DNA of 61,138 nt, counting the filler, from Candidatus Tectimicrobiota bacterium (GTDB lineage Bacteria; JACPSX01): the NCBI GenBank assembly GCA_016193065.1. It is 5 parts of 5 records of this genome, joined end to end, with 100 filler letters (N's around TTAATTAATTAA, not from the genome) between each part and the next. Parts side by side here need not be neighbours in the genome. Positions count along the whole stretch, not along the records: positions 22,529 to 36,556 come from JACPSX010000064.1; positions 36,657 to 45,921 come from JACPSX010000253.1; 3 more parts are not named here. One strand, written 5' to 3'. Under the pieces are notes generated by a model. It saw only the letters and a program-made list of their open reading frames with translations, was not told the origin of the DNA and made no database searches. Every line of letters starts with the position of its first letter. The stretch's first letter is position 1. Both the position numbers and the translations under genes were made by a program. Positions 27,547-37,942 of this stretch are shown here, one piece after another.

Positions 27547-29502
27547 ATGGAAGATCTGCAGCCATCACGCTTGAAAGATCCGAGACCTTTTCCCGGCAGG
27601 ATCGGCCGGAAGCTCAGCCTTTCTCTCGCGGTGATCATCACCCTGGTTCTGATCGTGGGAGGAGTTTCCCTGTTGCTGGCCCGTTCCATTTCCCGCACCA
27701 ACCAGGAGATCAAGCAGCAAAGCCAGCACACGGAGGTGATGAGCGCTGTCCAGTTCCAGGCCCAGCAATTGATCGTGGAAGTAACACAGGTGGTCGTTAC
27801 CGGCGACGGGACCCGCACTTCTCGAGTTGACTCTCTAGCTCAGCGTATCGTCTCCTTGCTGCAGGAGTACGGAGAAATTCACGAATCCAAAGAAGACTTC
27901 CCTGAAAAGCGCCGGGAGCAAAGGGCAATTGTAGAAGTACGGGCCACCATCTCGAAACTTCTCCCAGTCTCTCGCAAGGTCCTGGAGACTCTGAGCGCCG
28001 GGAAAACCATCGACCGCCAGACGATCGATTTCCTGAACGGCGTGAACCTCAGGATGCCCGCTCTCTTTGGCGAAGTGAACGAGATCCACCAGGCCAAGAT
28101 CCAGCGGCTGATCGGCGACAGCAGCAACCGGATGAACGTCTTGCTGGGCATCTACCTGGCCTTCGTTCTCGTAGGAGCCGCCCTGCTCATCGGGGGCAGC
28201 GTGATTTTCTCGAGAAGGATCGTTTCCCCGATCCAGATCCTGGCGGAAGCCACCCGGGAGATCGCCCGGGGGAATCTGGATCGCGAGGTCCCGGTGACCT
28301 CCGGGGATGAGATCGGAGAACTTTCCCATTCCTTCAACCAGATGGCCAGAAAGCTGGAGGAGCACGAACGGCAGTTGCACGAGGTGAACCAGCAGCTGCA
28401 GAGCAGGGTGCGGGAGGCCCAAGCGCTGAACTGCATCGGAGTGGAAATCTCCAAGCTCCTGGACCTGGACAAGATTCTTCAGTCCGTGGTAGAGCGGGCG
28501 CGTGAACTCCTGCAGTGTGAGGTGGTGGCTCTGTGTCTGGTGGAAAATGGCGACCGCTTGGTCCTCAAGGCCACCAGTGGCCCTCCGGAGGCATTTTCCA
28601 CCCGACTCGACAGCAGCGGATCAGAGAAGTCAGTCGGTGTCCCGGCGGACCTGCCGGACCATCTGGTGCTCTGCTCCTTGATTGCGGAAAAATACCGAAG
28701 CGTCCACTGTGCGGTCCCACTAAAATCCGGAGAGAATGTTGTCGGCGCGCTGTGCGCGGCAGACAGCCGGCCCCGTGACTTTTCCGAAGCAGAGAGAGAA
28801 CTTCTCGCCGGCCTGGCCACCCAGGCGACCATCGCCATACAGAATGCCCGTCTGTACGAGCAGATGCAGGGCCTCGCGGTCCTGAAAGAAAGAGAACGCA
28901 TCGCCCGGGAGATGCACGACGGGCTGGCGCAGAGCCTGGGTTACCTCCATCTCAAGATCCGATCCGCCGAGAACCTGCTGGGACCGTCGCCGGACCCGAA
29001 GGTGGCCGAGGAAGTGCGCGCCATGCGCAGGGTGATCGAGGAAGCCTACGAAGAGGTCCGCCAGTCCATCTTCGGATTGCGGACCATGGTTTCCCGCGGC
29101 CTGGGCGTGATCCCCACCCTGACCGAGTATCTCCACGACTTCAGTGAGCGGAACGGAATCCCGGTCGATCTGCAAATTCCGACGGGACAGGAGATCTCAT
29201 TCCCTCCCGCCGGGGAAGTGCAGCTCATCCGGATTATCCAGGAAGCCCTGGCCAACGTGCGCAAACACGCCCAGGCGAAGCGCGCCCGGATCGCCTTTGA
29301 GGTGAACGGCACTTCCACTCAAGTCACCGTCGCGGACGACGGGCGGGGATTCGACCCGAAGGAGACCCTGAAGGCGGGCCGGCTCCAGTTCGGGCTGCAG
29401 ACCATGCGGGAAAGGGCTGAATCCCTGGGAGGGAAGCTGGAGGTGATCAGCGCGCCGGGAAAGGGGACCCGGGTTCTCGTCCACATCCCCCGGGGCGCGT
29501 GA
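27547..29502 (+). CDS. NarX/UhpB-type sensor histidine kinase (2 TM, HAMP, GAF, HisKA_3, HATPase)
   Basis: DEIGELSHSFNQM, ERERIAREMHDGLAQSL, QEALANVRKHA, DDGRGF, FGLQTMRERA. Confidence 0.93.
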   Translation: MEDLQPSRLKDPRPFPGRIGRKLSLSLAVIITLVLIVGGVSLLLARSISRTNQEIKQQSQHTEVMSAVQFQAQQLIVEVTQVVVTGDGTRTSRVDSLAQRIVSLLQEYGEIHESKEDFPEKRREQRAIVEVRATISKLLPVSRKVLETLSAGKTIDRQTIDFLNGVNLRMPALFGEVNEIHQAKIQRLIGDSSNRMNVLLGIYLAFVLVGAALLIGGSVIFSRRIVSPIQILAEATREIARGNLDREVPVTSGDEIGELSHSFNQMARKLEEHERQLHEVNQQLQSRVREAQALNCIGVEISKLLDLDKILQSVVERARELLQCEVVALCLVENGDRLVLKATSGPPEAFSTRLDSSGSEKSVGVPADLPDHLVLCSLIAEKYRSVHCAVPLKSGENVVGALCAADSRPRDFSEAERELLAGLATQATIAIQNARLYEQMQGLAVLKERERIAREMHDGLAQSLGYLHLKIRSAENLLGPSPDPKVAEEVRAMRRVIEEAYEEVRQSIFGLRTMVSRGLGVIPTLTEYLHDFSERNGIPVDLQIPTGQEISFPPAGEVQLIRIIQEALANVRKHAQAKRARIAFEVNGTSTQVTVADDGRGFDPKETLKAGRLQFGLQTMRERAESLGGKLEVISAPGKGTRVLVHIPRGA

Positions 29503-29514
29503 GGAGGCTCAAGA

Positions 29515-30186
29515 TTGGACCCCATCCGAGTCCTGCTGGTTGACGATCACGCCCTGTTTCGCCAGGGAGTCCGCAGCGCACTGGAAAGCGAAGCCGACAT
29601 CGAAGTAGTGGGCGAGGCGCGCACCGGGACCGAGGCCATCGTGAAATCCCGGGAGATCATGCCCGACGTCATCTTGATGGATATCTACATGCCCGAGGCC
29701 GACGGCCTGGAGGCGACCCGAAAGATCATGTCCGAGATCCCTTACGTGAAGATCATCATGCTGACGGTGGCCGAGGAAGACGCGAAGCTATTTGAGGCGA
29801 TCAAGGCCGGGGCCAAAGGCTATCTCTTGAAGAACATTGATCCCAAGGATCTCCTCGAGATGGTCCGCGGGGTGTCTGGAGGGGAGGCCCCGATCAGCCG
29901 CGTGATGGCGGCAAAGATCCTTGGGGAATTTTCCCGGCAGGGCAGAGATGATGTCGTCTGTCCGGCATCCGGGGGGAAATTGAGTCCCCGGGAGATGGAG
30001 GTTCTGAAGCATCTGACGGATGGGGCAAGTAATCGGGAGATCGCCACCGCCCTGGGGATCAGCGAGAACACGGTGAAGAATCATCTGCGGAACATCCTGG
30101 AGAAGCTGCACCTCCAGAACCGCGTGCAGGCCGCCGCCTACGCCCTGCGGCAGGGGCTCACCGGCCCCCCCCGGGGCCCGGAGTAG
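29515..30186 (+). CDS. NarL/LuxR-family response regulator
   Basis: VLLVDDHALFRQG, MDIYMP, LSPREMEVL...SNREIA..L.ISENTVKNH. Confidence 0.95.
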   Translation: MDPIRVLLVDDHALFRQGVRSALESEADIEVVGEARTGTEAIVKSREIMPDVILMDIYMPEADGLEATRKIMSEIPYVKIIMLTVAEEDAKLFEAIKAGAKGYLLKNIDPKDLLEMVRGVSGGEAPISRVMAAKILGEFSRQGRDDVVCPASGGKLSPREMEVLKHLTDGASNREIATALGISENTVKNHLRNILEKLHLQNRVQAAAYALRQGLTGPPRGPE

Positions 30187-30436
30187 GAGTCTTCCCTTTC
30201 TCGCGGGCAAGCCGCCGGCGCAAGGTTTTCTCGTCCACCCGAAACTTGAATGCCAAGCGTCCGTTGAGAAAAACCAATGGGATCCGCTCCTTGTAGGTCT
30301 CGTAGAGCTCCGGCGTGGACTCGATGTCGATCTCGCGGAGATCAAATGGGATCTCTCGCTGGACCTTGCGCAGCGTCGCCTTCACCTCCTCGCACAGATG
30401 GCACTCGCGCTTTCCATAGATCTCAACGTGAATCAT
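30158..30436 (-). CDS. Glutaredoxin-like (DUF836-type) protein
   Basis: YGKRECHLCEE, EIDI, Y..RIPLVFLNG. Confidence 0.85.
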   Translation of the reverse strand: MIHVEIYGKRECHLCEEVKATLRKVQREIPFDLREIDIESTPELYETYKERIPLVFLNGRLAFKFRVDEKTLRRRLAREKGKTPTPGPGGGR

Positions 30437-30445
30437 TCCACACCT

Positions 30446-31111
30446 TCACGGTTTCACCTCGCCGGACGAACGTGTCTCGTCGAGAAGCCGCCGCCACTTT
30501 TCGCGGCTTGGGAAGAACATGGGAACGCGATGACGGTAGGCCAGGTACTCGTCGCCAAACCGCTCGATCATCCGGGCTTCCTCCTTCCGCGCGAGCCGCA
30601 CGTAGGCCCACACGATGATCGGGAAGAGCGCGAGCGTGGGGATCGTCGGCCAGTGGATAAGCTGGCCAAACACCGCCAGGAAGATCCCCGTGTACTGCGG
30701 GTGCCGGACCACGCCGTAGAGACGGTCGGTAGCCAGACGCCCCTCCCGCCTTGCATGGTACACCTCCCACCATCCCTTGATCACCAGGGAAAGTCCGAAG
30801 AAGAGGAAGCCGTACCCGAGCATCATCTCGACGATTGCACCAAGATCACCCCATCCGAACAAAGTCGCCCAGAGATGGCCGCTCTGGTGGAGCCAGGGGA
30901 TGTCCAAACCCAGGAAACCGCTCAAGACGTAGATGGTGAGCGGGAAGCCGTACATCTCGGCGTAGAGGGCGATGATGAAAGCCTGGACCAATCCAGCTCG
31001 GCTCCATTCCCGCCACCCCTTGGGGGCCACATAGCGATAGAGGAGCCACGAGGCGATCACCACCATGATCACCGTGACTTCCCAATATCCGGTTTCCTTT
31101 GCGGCTTCCAT
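30446..31111 (-). CDS. Isoprenylcysteine carboxyl methyltransferase-family membrane protein
   Basis: ALYAEMYGFPLTIY, LYGVVRHPQYTG, EEARM..RFG.EY..Y. Confidence 0.88.
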   Translation of the reverse strand: MEAAKETGYWEVTVIMVVIASWLLYRYVAPKGWREWSRAGLVQAFIIALYAEMYGFPLTIYVLSGFLGLDIPWLHQSGHLWATLFGWGDLGAIVEMMLGYGFLFFGLSLVIKGWWEVYHARREGRLATDRLYGVVRHPQYTGIFLAVFGQLIHWPTIPTLALFPIIVWAYVRLARKEEARMIERFGDEYLAYRHRVPMFFPSREKWRRLLDETRSSGEVKP

Positions 31112-31256
31112 TCTTCTCTTCCCGCTCCCTTAGGAGTTCAGCATCAATGCGGTCGTCGCGATGACTCCAACCCATCGTGGGGTGCGCATTTTCTCGGGCC
31201 CTTCTCACTCTCACTCAGGTGCGTTCTCATGGCTGTGCCACGCTTCCGCGAACAGA

Positions 31257-31694
31257 TCACATAGTCCCGCCCTCGCCCTCCGCCGAGTTGGTGGCCGAAG
31301 CGTGCGGCGCTCGAATGCCGCGGCGAGCCAGGGCCTTGCGGGCCGCCATGAGGATTTTGTCGCGGTGCACGGACTTGCTGAGATAATCCTCGCAGCCGCA
31401 GTCCAAAGCCTCAATGTAAGTGGTCCACTCTCCGAAAGCAGTGAGAATCAGCACGGGCACGTGGGGGCTCATGGCCCGGATGCTCCGGAGAAGCTCCAGG
31501 CCGTTCATGCGCGGCATCTCCAGGTCGGTGATGACCAAGTCAAAGGGCCGGTCTGTCAGTATCCTTAGAGCCTCCTGGCCATCGCCGGCGGTGCACACGC
31601 GGTACCCGGCACGCTCAAAGATCTTGGCCAGTGCACGACTGTACTCCCGGTTGTCATCCACAACGAGGAGGGTCGGCGTCCGTTCCGGATTCAT
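31257..31694 (-). CDS. Single-domain response regulator (receiver)
   Basis: LLVVDDN, ITDLEMPRMNG, LTAFG, DYLSK. Confidence 0.88.
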   Translation of the reverse strand: MNPERTPTLLVVDDNREYSRALAKIFERAGYRVCTAGDGQEALRILTDRPFDLVITDLEMPRMNGLELLRSIRAMSPHVPVLILTAFGEWTTYIEALDCGCEDYLSKSVHRDKILMAARKALARRGIRAPHASATNSAEGEGGTM

Positions 31695-31761
31695 GACCCA
31701 AAGGCTCCTTTTCCGCCAAGTTCAGTCCAAAAATTTCATGGCCATACGCCTCAGTTCGAGC

Positions 31762-32778
31762 TCATTGGGGCTGCTGGATCGCTGTGAGCTGCCAGTCTGC
31801 CCCGCCCGAAGGCCGGACGAAGGTCCAGTACTCCTCAAACTTCACCGGATTCTCTTTGCTCCCACTCACCAGGCGTCCACTTTGCTCTTCAACCGTATAG
31901 TCCAGCAGATTCGCCAGGAAGCGGATCGTGACGAACGCTGTCCCGGCCTCGACCCAGGCCTCCTCAATTTCGCTGCGGCGCACGGCGATGTTTTCCAGGC
32001 GATTGATCTTCCCCTGGGACTTCAATTCATCGATACCCCGCTGGAGCTCCTGTCGAACCTCCGGGGCCAGAAGATCGCTGACCAGATCGAGATTGCGATT
32101 GGCCCAGGCCCCCTGAATCCGGAAAAAGATGTCCATGGCCTCCTCCGGGAAGCGCTCGACGTTAAAATCGGGTACGACCATGCTCACCTTGTCCAGCCCC
32201 CGCTGGAGGTCCGCCAACTCGGGCGGTTCTTCCACAGCCGTGTCCGTGCGATCTGCATAAGAGGAACCACAGCCCCCTGCGTAACCGCCAGACCCCATGG
32301 TGTAATGCCCTCCATGGGCTCCCGCCAATCCCTCCTGTCTCCGACGCCGGAAATAAGACACCACCCCAAATGCGATGGCCCCAAACAAAAGGATCTCCAG
32401 GAGACCGATGCCTCCTCCCCCACCCCCCAAGCCGCCGAAGCCAGCGCCAAACCCCAGGCTGCTGAAGAGCAGCGATCCCAGGAAGCCCCCGGCAATTCCT
32501 CCGGCAAGACCTCGTAGGAATCCGCCGCCGCCCGCCGGCTGGCTAGCTGGGGCGCTCGGTGTAGCCGGTTGTCTCGGCGTCTGGCTCGATCGGTACTGGT
32601 CTCGTTGAACCGGGCTTCGATTACTCCTGTACGGTGCGGAGTAGGAGCGGGAGCTGCCACCGCCAAAGGAGCGGCCACCGCCCGCCCGAGCCCAGGCATC
32701 CAGTTCCAGGACGCCCAAGAAAAGGAACAGAACCATTGCCATCACCGCGCCAACTCGCCATCCACGACCATGTTTCAT
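31762..32778 (-). CDS. Tim44-domain membrane protein
   Basis: Signal peptide then ARAGGGRSFG, Gly-rich GLAGGIAGGFLG, FFRIQGAW, ANLLDYT, FEEYWTF.R, WQLTAIQQ. Confidence 0.9.
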   Translation of the reverse strand: MKHGRGWRVGAVMAMVLFLFLGVLELDAWARAGGGRSFGGGSSRSYSAPYRSNRSPVQRDQYRSSQTPRQPATPSAPASQPAGGGGFLRGLAGGIAGGFLGSLLFSSLGFGAGFGGLGGGGGGIGLLEILLFGAIAFGVVSYFRRRRQEGLAGAHGGHYTMGSGGYAGGCGSSYADRTDTAVEEPPELADLQRGLDKVSMVVPDFNVERFPEEAMDIFFRIQGAWANRNLDLVSDLLAPEVRQELQRGIDELKSQGKINRLENIAVRRSEIEEAWVEAGTAFVTIRFLANLLDYTVEEQSGRLVSGSKENPVKFEEYWTFVRPSGGADWQLTAIQQPQ

Positions 32779-32838
32779 GATCTCCCTCCTTAAGTAGTGC
32801 GCTCCATGTGGCCCCACAGGGCATCTGACAATAAGGGA

Positions 32839-32855
32839 AGCAAGAGGGATGCCAA
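32839..32855 (-). promoter_or_regulatory. sigma54 (-24/-12) promoter upstream of the Tim44 gene
   Basis: Minus strand TTGGCATCCCTCTTGCT: GG-N10-GC with TGGCA and TTGC cores, about 60 bp before the ATG. Confidence 0.65.
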
Positions 32856-33145
32856 AAAGCGGGCATCGGTGACCAGTATCGGCTGACTTTGCAAACTCTT
32901 ATCGTAACAAGGGTTGCGGCGCCTGTGGGTCAATGAGGATTCCTCACCCTCGATCAGAAACTTGGCCTTTGACAGATTGGCAAAGAGAGGGAATTTCACG
33001 GAATTCAGCAGGACTCAATGTCAATCGAACGGAAGCACAATCTGAAGCTCCACACTGAGAGGCCGGACGGGCTGAAATCTCCGGCGACAACAACGTGCAA
33101 AGGCTGCAGCGGTTGCCATGGTGAGGGTCGCCACTATAGTTCAGG

Positions 33146-33553
33146 CTATGCTTTTGAGGCCCAGTTTTCCACGCGAAGGCCCGGCACCTGTCTGAATTCC
33201 TTCTCGTTGCTGGTGACCAGGCGCGCACCCAGACTCAGTGCGTGCGCGGCGATCAGCAGGTCCATCGCGCCTATCGGACGGCCCCTCTTTTTGAGTCCTG
33301 CCCTGATTCTGCCATAGGCTGCAGTTGCCTGCCGATCAAAAGCGGCCACCTCGAGCGGAGACAGGAACAGATCCAGGGCTTCCTGATTCCTCTTCGGCTG
33401 GCTGCTCTTGCTGACGCCATACTGGAGCTCGGCAAGAGTAATGACGGAGATTCCTATGTCGCCGATCGAAAAGGAGCGAAACCGATCCAGAACAGAGAGA
33501 GGACGCTGTTTGATGAGGTAAATGCAGATGTTGGTGTCCAGCATGAGCTTCAC
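33146..33553 (-). CDS. vapC: PIN-domain toxin
   Basis: MLDTNICIY, ISVITLAEL.YG, IGAMDLLIAAHA, LVTSNEKEF.QVPGL..ENW. Confidence 0.93.
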   Translation of the reverse strand: MKLMLDTNICIYLIKQRPLSVLDRFRSFSIGDIGISVITLAELQYGVSKSSQPKRNQEALDLFLSPLEVAAFDRQATAAYGRIRAGLKKRGRPIGAMDLLIAAHALSLGARLVTSNEKEFRQVPGLRVENWASKA

Positions 33554-33786
33554 GGAAATGTCCTGGTCCTTTTCTGGAGGCGCGGCTGATTCCGGCCACT
33601 CTGCATAAAGTCATCCGTGAACTTGTCCAGGCTTTTGCTGAGGGCGGCCCAGGATCTCTTCTTTGGCCGGAGCAGCAAGCATTCCCCCTGGCGTTGAATT
33701 TCCGCCTCATCGCCTTCCATCTGAAATTCCTTGGGAATTCTTACCGCCTGGCTGTTCCCGCTGCGAAAAATCCTTACGGTCTTCAC
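33550..33786 (-). CDS. vapB: AbrB/MazE-fold antitoxin
   Basis: VKTVRIFRSGNSQAVRIPKEF; GTGA overlap with vapC; GGAGG RBS. Confidence 0.9.
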   Translation of the reverse strand: MKTVRIFRSGNSQAVRIPKEFQMEGDEAEIQRQGECLLLRPKKRSWAALSKSLDKFTDDFMQSGRNQPRLQKRTRTFP

Positions 33787-33803
33787 GGCTGATTCCTCCC
33801 GAT

Positions 33804-33823
33804 GTATATACAACAGGATATAC
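33804..33823. promoter_or_regulatory. Putative vapBC operator
   Basis: Inverted repeat GTATAT-N8-ATATAC just upstream of vapB. Confidence 0.55.
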
Positions 33824-33839
33824 GGAGGCAAGGAATCTG

Positions 33840-34563
33840 TCAATTCCTCTGGGCCGTCGCCCCCTCGGTCCGGTAACCCGCGTCGCGAACGGCCCGCTCC
33901 AGCGCGGGCAAACCGACCCGGGTCGGGTCATAGAGCCTTCTCCACGGCCTGTACGCAGCGGGCGCAGGTGAGGCCGAAAACTGGCAACTCCACCCGCTGG
34001 GGACCGGCGAGACCCTCCCGCACGCCCGTAGTCGCCGAGGGGACATGTCGCCCACGCTGGGCTGCCGGCTCACCCGCATATCTGCCCGGGTCGACGGCGA
34101 ACGCCGCCTCGCACTTCGCCGAGCAGAAAAAGAAGGTCCGGCCGGCGTGTTCCCGCCAGGCATGAGCCTTCTCCTCCTCGACCTCCATCCCGCAGACCGG
34201 GTCCCTCACCATTTTCCATCCCCCCGACAGGGCGACCGTCATGAATTTTAACCTCCCCGTTCCCATGGACTTCTCCGCCCGCAATGCGATTGTCTCAGGG
34301 CCGGTCCCTGCCAGTTCCATCTCCTTCTCTCGTGCGAGCCGCCGGCGAAGAGCCGCCTCATCCACCCGGAACTTGAATGCCAGCCTCCCGTTGATGAAGA
34401 CCAGCGGGATTCGCTTCTTGTAGGCCTCGTATAACTCTGCCCTGGATTCAATATCGATCTCGCGGAGATCGAAGGGGATCTCGCGCCGGACCTTGAGGAG
34501 GGTTGCCGTAACCTCCTCGCAGAGGCAGCAGTCGCATCTTCCGTAGACCTCAACGCGGATCAT
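33840..34563 (-). pseudogene. Glutaredoxin-like + YHS + HMA in-frame fusion; HMA broken by deletion/frameshift (remnant of a P1B-ATPase N-terminus)
   Basis: Paralog of 30158-30436 reads into DPVCGMEV...FFFCSAKC and GLTCARC..VEKAL*; the HMA tail YDPTRVGLPALERAVRDAGY is in another frame. Confidence 0.65.
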
Positions 34564-34653
34564 CCACCACCTTCCCGGCAAAGATGGGACCTTCCGGCTC
34601 CCGGTCGCATTGGTGACATGGTGCAGATTGTGGTAATCATGAATCGGACTCAA

Positions 34654-35055
34654 TTACTTTGCCTTGGGAACATGGAGATAGGAGATTAGATCAGCCATCT
34701 CGCCATGCTCGAAGTGGTCTTCAGTTTTCATGTGGGCGGCGTGATTCCACAACTTCCCCGCCATATCAACGAGTTCCCTGGGCTGAAGTTTACCCTCCAT
34801 CGAATCCAAAGCAGGGGCACTTCTCCCGCCAACTCCTCTCAGGCTGTGGCACTGCAAACAGGATTTCTCCCCGCTGAGGACCAGCGCGCGCCCCAGCACG
34901 GGATTGCCGGGCAGTTTCAAAGCTCGCCAGTTCCTGACCGGCTGGGGGAGATTGGAAAGAGAGCTCTCCTGCCCTGCCACCCTACCGTCAAAAGGAAACA
35001 CTAACAGTGGAATCATCAGAACCATTATGACGAAGGCTGCAAAAATCTTTCTCAT
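34654..35055 (-). CDS. Exported monoheme c-type cytochrome
   Basis: Signal peptide; CLQCH; LWNHA..M; EMADLISYL. Confidence 0.7.
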   Translation of the reverse strand: MRKIFAAFVIMVLMIPLLVFPFDGRVAGQESSLSNLPQPVRNWRALKLPGNPVLGRALVLSGEKSCLQCHSLRGVGGRSAPALDSMEGKLQPRELVDMAGKLWNHAAHMKTEDHFEHGEMADLISYLHVPKAK

Positions 35056-35284
35056 AGGAAAAACCCTCTCACTTTAGCTGAACCAGGTAGAAGACCGGAG
35101 CCTCCAGCTCTTCTTGGGACAGCTCTTTTAGGCCAGCATCGATGGCTGAAATTCATGGCCTTCGGATCCTGAATGAATTTCTTGGTTCATTCTATTGCTC
35201 ATGATGCATCCCCTATGGCGTTACGTATTAGTTGTCATGAACCGTTGGTCCACCCGTGCATCATGAAAATCCCCCCACTGAAGA

Positions 35285-35329
35285 AAATCCCCCTGCTCCC
35301 CCCTTTAAAAAGGGGGGAAGGGGGGATTT
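35285..35329. repeat. REP-like palindrome
   Basis: AAATCCCCCT..TCCCCCCTTT-AA-AAAGGGGGGA.GGGGGGATTT. Confidence 0.6.
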
Positions 35330-35495
35330 GCGATAAGTTGAAATGGAACGCACGGCAACTCCCTCCTTCCATACCCTCCCGCACCCAGAGAGTACTCGGG
35401 GGGAGGGGGTGAACAGAGCATTTTCTGAGCAGTCGGCATGACGGTATATGGACACCACGACGGATGAAAAATTGCATTTTCGTGACAGGTATTAG

Positions 35496-36453
35496 TCAGC
35501 CGATCTGCCGTCCGAACCGCCAGAGACCCAGGGCAAAGATTGCAAGACCGATGCCTCCCATGGCCAGGGCCTGAGAGGAGCAGCGCTTGCTGAAGGTTCT
35601 GAGCGAGCGTTCCCCATAGGAGACCCAGGCCCAGGCTGCTGAACAGGAAAAGGACGGAGAGCACGAAGAAGAGGAGGAGGCTTCCCCGGATCGACACCTC
35701 GAACCACCATGGTACCCAAAGGGCCAGGGCCAGGGAGACCAGGCTCACGACAAAGGTGGGAACCACCTTCGCGAGCATGATCTCCCACGGCCGCAGCGGC
35801 ATCACGAGCAGTTGCTCGATGGTCCCCGCTTCCTTCTCCCATGCCAGACCAGCCGCCGGCAGAATGACGGCGATCATCATCACCGCCAGGGTCAGCATGG
35901 AGACCACCTCGAAGTCCACGCTCCGCAGGGCGGGGTTGTACCAGGCGCGGCGCTGGTTCCTTACCGCTGGGAGGTATGTGGGTTTCCCTGCCGAGGCAAG
36001 GAGTCTCTCCCGATCCAGCTCCTGCGAATACTGCCGGACAATCCCGGTCGCGTAGCCGAGGGCGATGAGAGCCGAGTTGGAGTTGGAGCCGTCCAGGAGC
36101 AGTTGCGCGGAGGCGGAAAGCCCCTGTCCAAGCTGGCGGGAGAAGTCCGGAGGGATGACCAGACCCACGGTGGCCCGGCCGCTCTCCAGGAGGTCGTCAA
36201 GATCCCGGGAGCTCTGAGGCCAGTAGCCAGCGTCAAAGTACTCCGTTTGGGAAAAGCGGGCGATCAGTTCGCGGCTCTGCGGCGAGCTGTCCAGGTCCTG
36301 GACCGCCAGGCGGAGGTGAATCACGTCATAGGTGATACTATAGGCGCAGATGGCGATCTCCACCGCGATCGTCCAGACGATCAGGATGATCAGCGGCTTC
36401 CGCCGGAAGAACTGGATGAACTCTTTCTTGATGAGCGCGGCTAGCGAGCCCAT
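35496..36453 (-). pseudogene. ABC-2 transporter permease (YbhR-like) with internal deletion and frameshift near 35572
   Basis: IKKEFIQFFR, LDGSNSN, WYNP, EKEAGTIEQLLVMP; after QQALLLS the probable true C-terminus QALAMGGIGLAIFALGLWRFGRQIG* is in another frame. Confidence 0.75.
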
Positions 36454-36456
36454 GGC

Positions 36457-36556
36457 TCAGCCGATCTTCTTCCGGAAGCGGAGTGTCGCCAGGGACAGTA
36501 CCGCACTCCCGTACGCCAGGAGGAGGACCGCGCTGGGCCAGAGGCGCTCCAGGCCG
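36457..36556 (-). CDS. 3' end of an upstream ABC-2 permease (partial)
   Basis: GLERLWPSAVLLLAYGSAVLSLATLRFRKKIG*. Confidence 0.65.
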
Positions 36557-36656
36557 NNNNNNNNNNNNNNNNNNNNNNNNNNNNNNNNNNNNNNNNNNNN
36601 TTAATTAATTAANNNNNNNNNNNNNNNNNNNNNNNNNNNNNNNNNNNNNNNNNNNN
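36557..36656. other. Artificial contig spacer
   Basis: N-run / TTAATTAATTAA / N-run. Confidence 0.98.
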
Positions 36657-37360
36657 AAAGGTCCCCCACTCGCTGCAGACAAGGGGGACGCCTGCGGACG
36701 CGGCTCCCGCGCTTTCTTCTTTTTTCGCTTCTCCCGAATCGCCCGGGCTACTTGTCGAAAATAACTGGCTAACCGTAGAAATCCGAGGCCAAGACTCCGA
36801 AAAGACAGACCCGTCACCCCCATAAAGCTCAGAAAGCCGGCCGCAAGGACCAACAAGTAGGAGCCCGGTCGTCCAAATAAAGTCAGCACGAACCGGCCCA
36901 AAAGCGATCCGACGATGCCTCCGGACTCGAACCCGCTTCGAAAAACAGGATCTCCCGGGAAACGCAGGTGGAAGAACGCATCGATCGCTACGAGGAGCCC
37001 CAGGCTGCTGACTACGAGGATCAAGACACCCCCGCCAGGCCGGCTCCAAAAACGGATCGCGCCAAATAGAGAGAAGACCGGGAGAAGCGCAGCGGCTCCC
37101 CCCAGCAGGTTCACCAGGAGGCCGGCCAGCCGGGCTCCCACAATCCCCCCGTAGTTTTCCACAGCCATGTTGGAGCTGAAATATTCACCGATGGAAGGAT
37201 CGCCGGCATGAAAGGAAATGAGAATCATGAAGAGGAAAATGCCGACGACAAAACAGAGGAACCCTGTAACTTCCCGCCGCCTCCTCCAACTCCGGCGGTG
37301 GTGCCCATCCACATTCTCATAGGACTTAACGCGGATTCCCTTGGACACCTTCCCTCCCAC
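36657..37360 (-). CDS. ftsK: DNA translocase FtsK, N-terminal 4TM region (3'-partial)
   Basis: LISFHAGDPS, VENYGGIVGARLA, SGGIVG and four hydrophobic segments. Confidence 0.8.
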
Positions 37361-37392
37361 TCAGCGCGGGAGCGCAGGAGGCTTCTTTCCCC

Positions 37393-37731
37393 TTAGCCTC
37401 CAGGCCCGCCCGCTTCGTCCACAACCCACTTCAAATATTCGGGCAGGCCGTCCGTGACCGATACGGCGATGATTTCAGGCACCTGGTAGCTGTGAAGCCG
37501 GCGCACGATCTCGATCACGTCAGGAATACGCCGGCGCAGCGTTTTCACCAAAAGCAGGACCTCTTCCTGCCGGCAGAGTTTCCCTTCCCAGGAATAAATG
37601 GAGGTAAGCCCGGGAACCAGGTTCACGCAGGCTGCCTCTTTGCGCTCGATCAGCGCCGTGGCGATTCTCTCCCCCTCTTCACGAGAGCCAACGGTGCTGA
37701 AAATCAGGACCACTTCAGGCTGTTCACCCAT
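37393..37731 (-). CDS. cutA: Divalent-cation tolerance protein
   Basis: AACVNL, SIYSWEG, E.LLLVKT, HSYQVPEII, YLKWV. Confidence 0.93.
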   Translation of the reverse strand: MGEQPEVVLIFSTVGSREEGERIATALIERKEAACVNLVPGLTSIYSWEGKLCRQEEVLLLVKTLRRRIPDVIEIVRRLHSYQVPEIIAVSVTDGLPEYLKWVVDEAGGPGG

Positions 37732-37942
37732 GGACCCTGTCCCCCCGGGCGAGCGCTCGGTACTTGATTCGCCTCCCCGTCATCGCCCGATCACCCTCAC
37801 CCTTCCCCTCTCCCGATTCTTCCCTCTTCTCCGAGGGGGGCTAGGAGTCCATCCTAGTAATCGCGATTGCGAACATTCAACACTTTCCAGTACCCCAGAA
37901 CGCCCATCGACCCTCGCTTGCGTCACCCCGGCGAAGCCCCGT

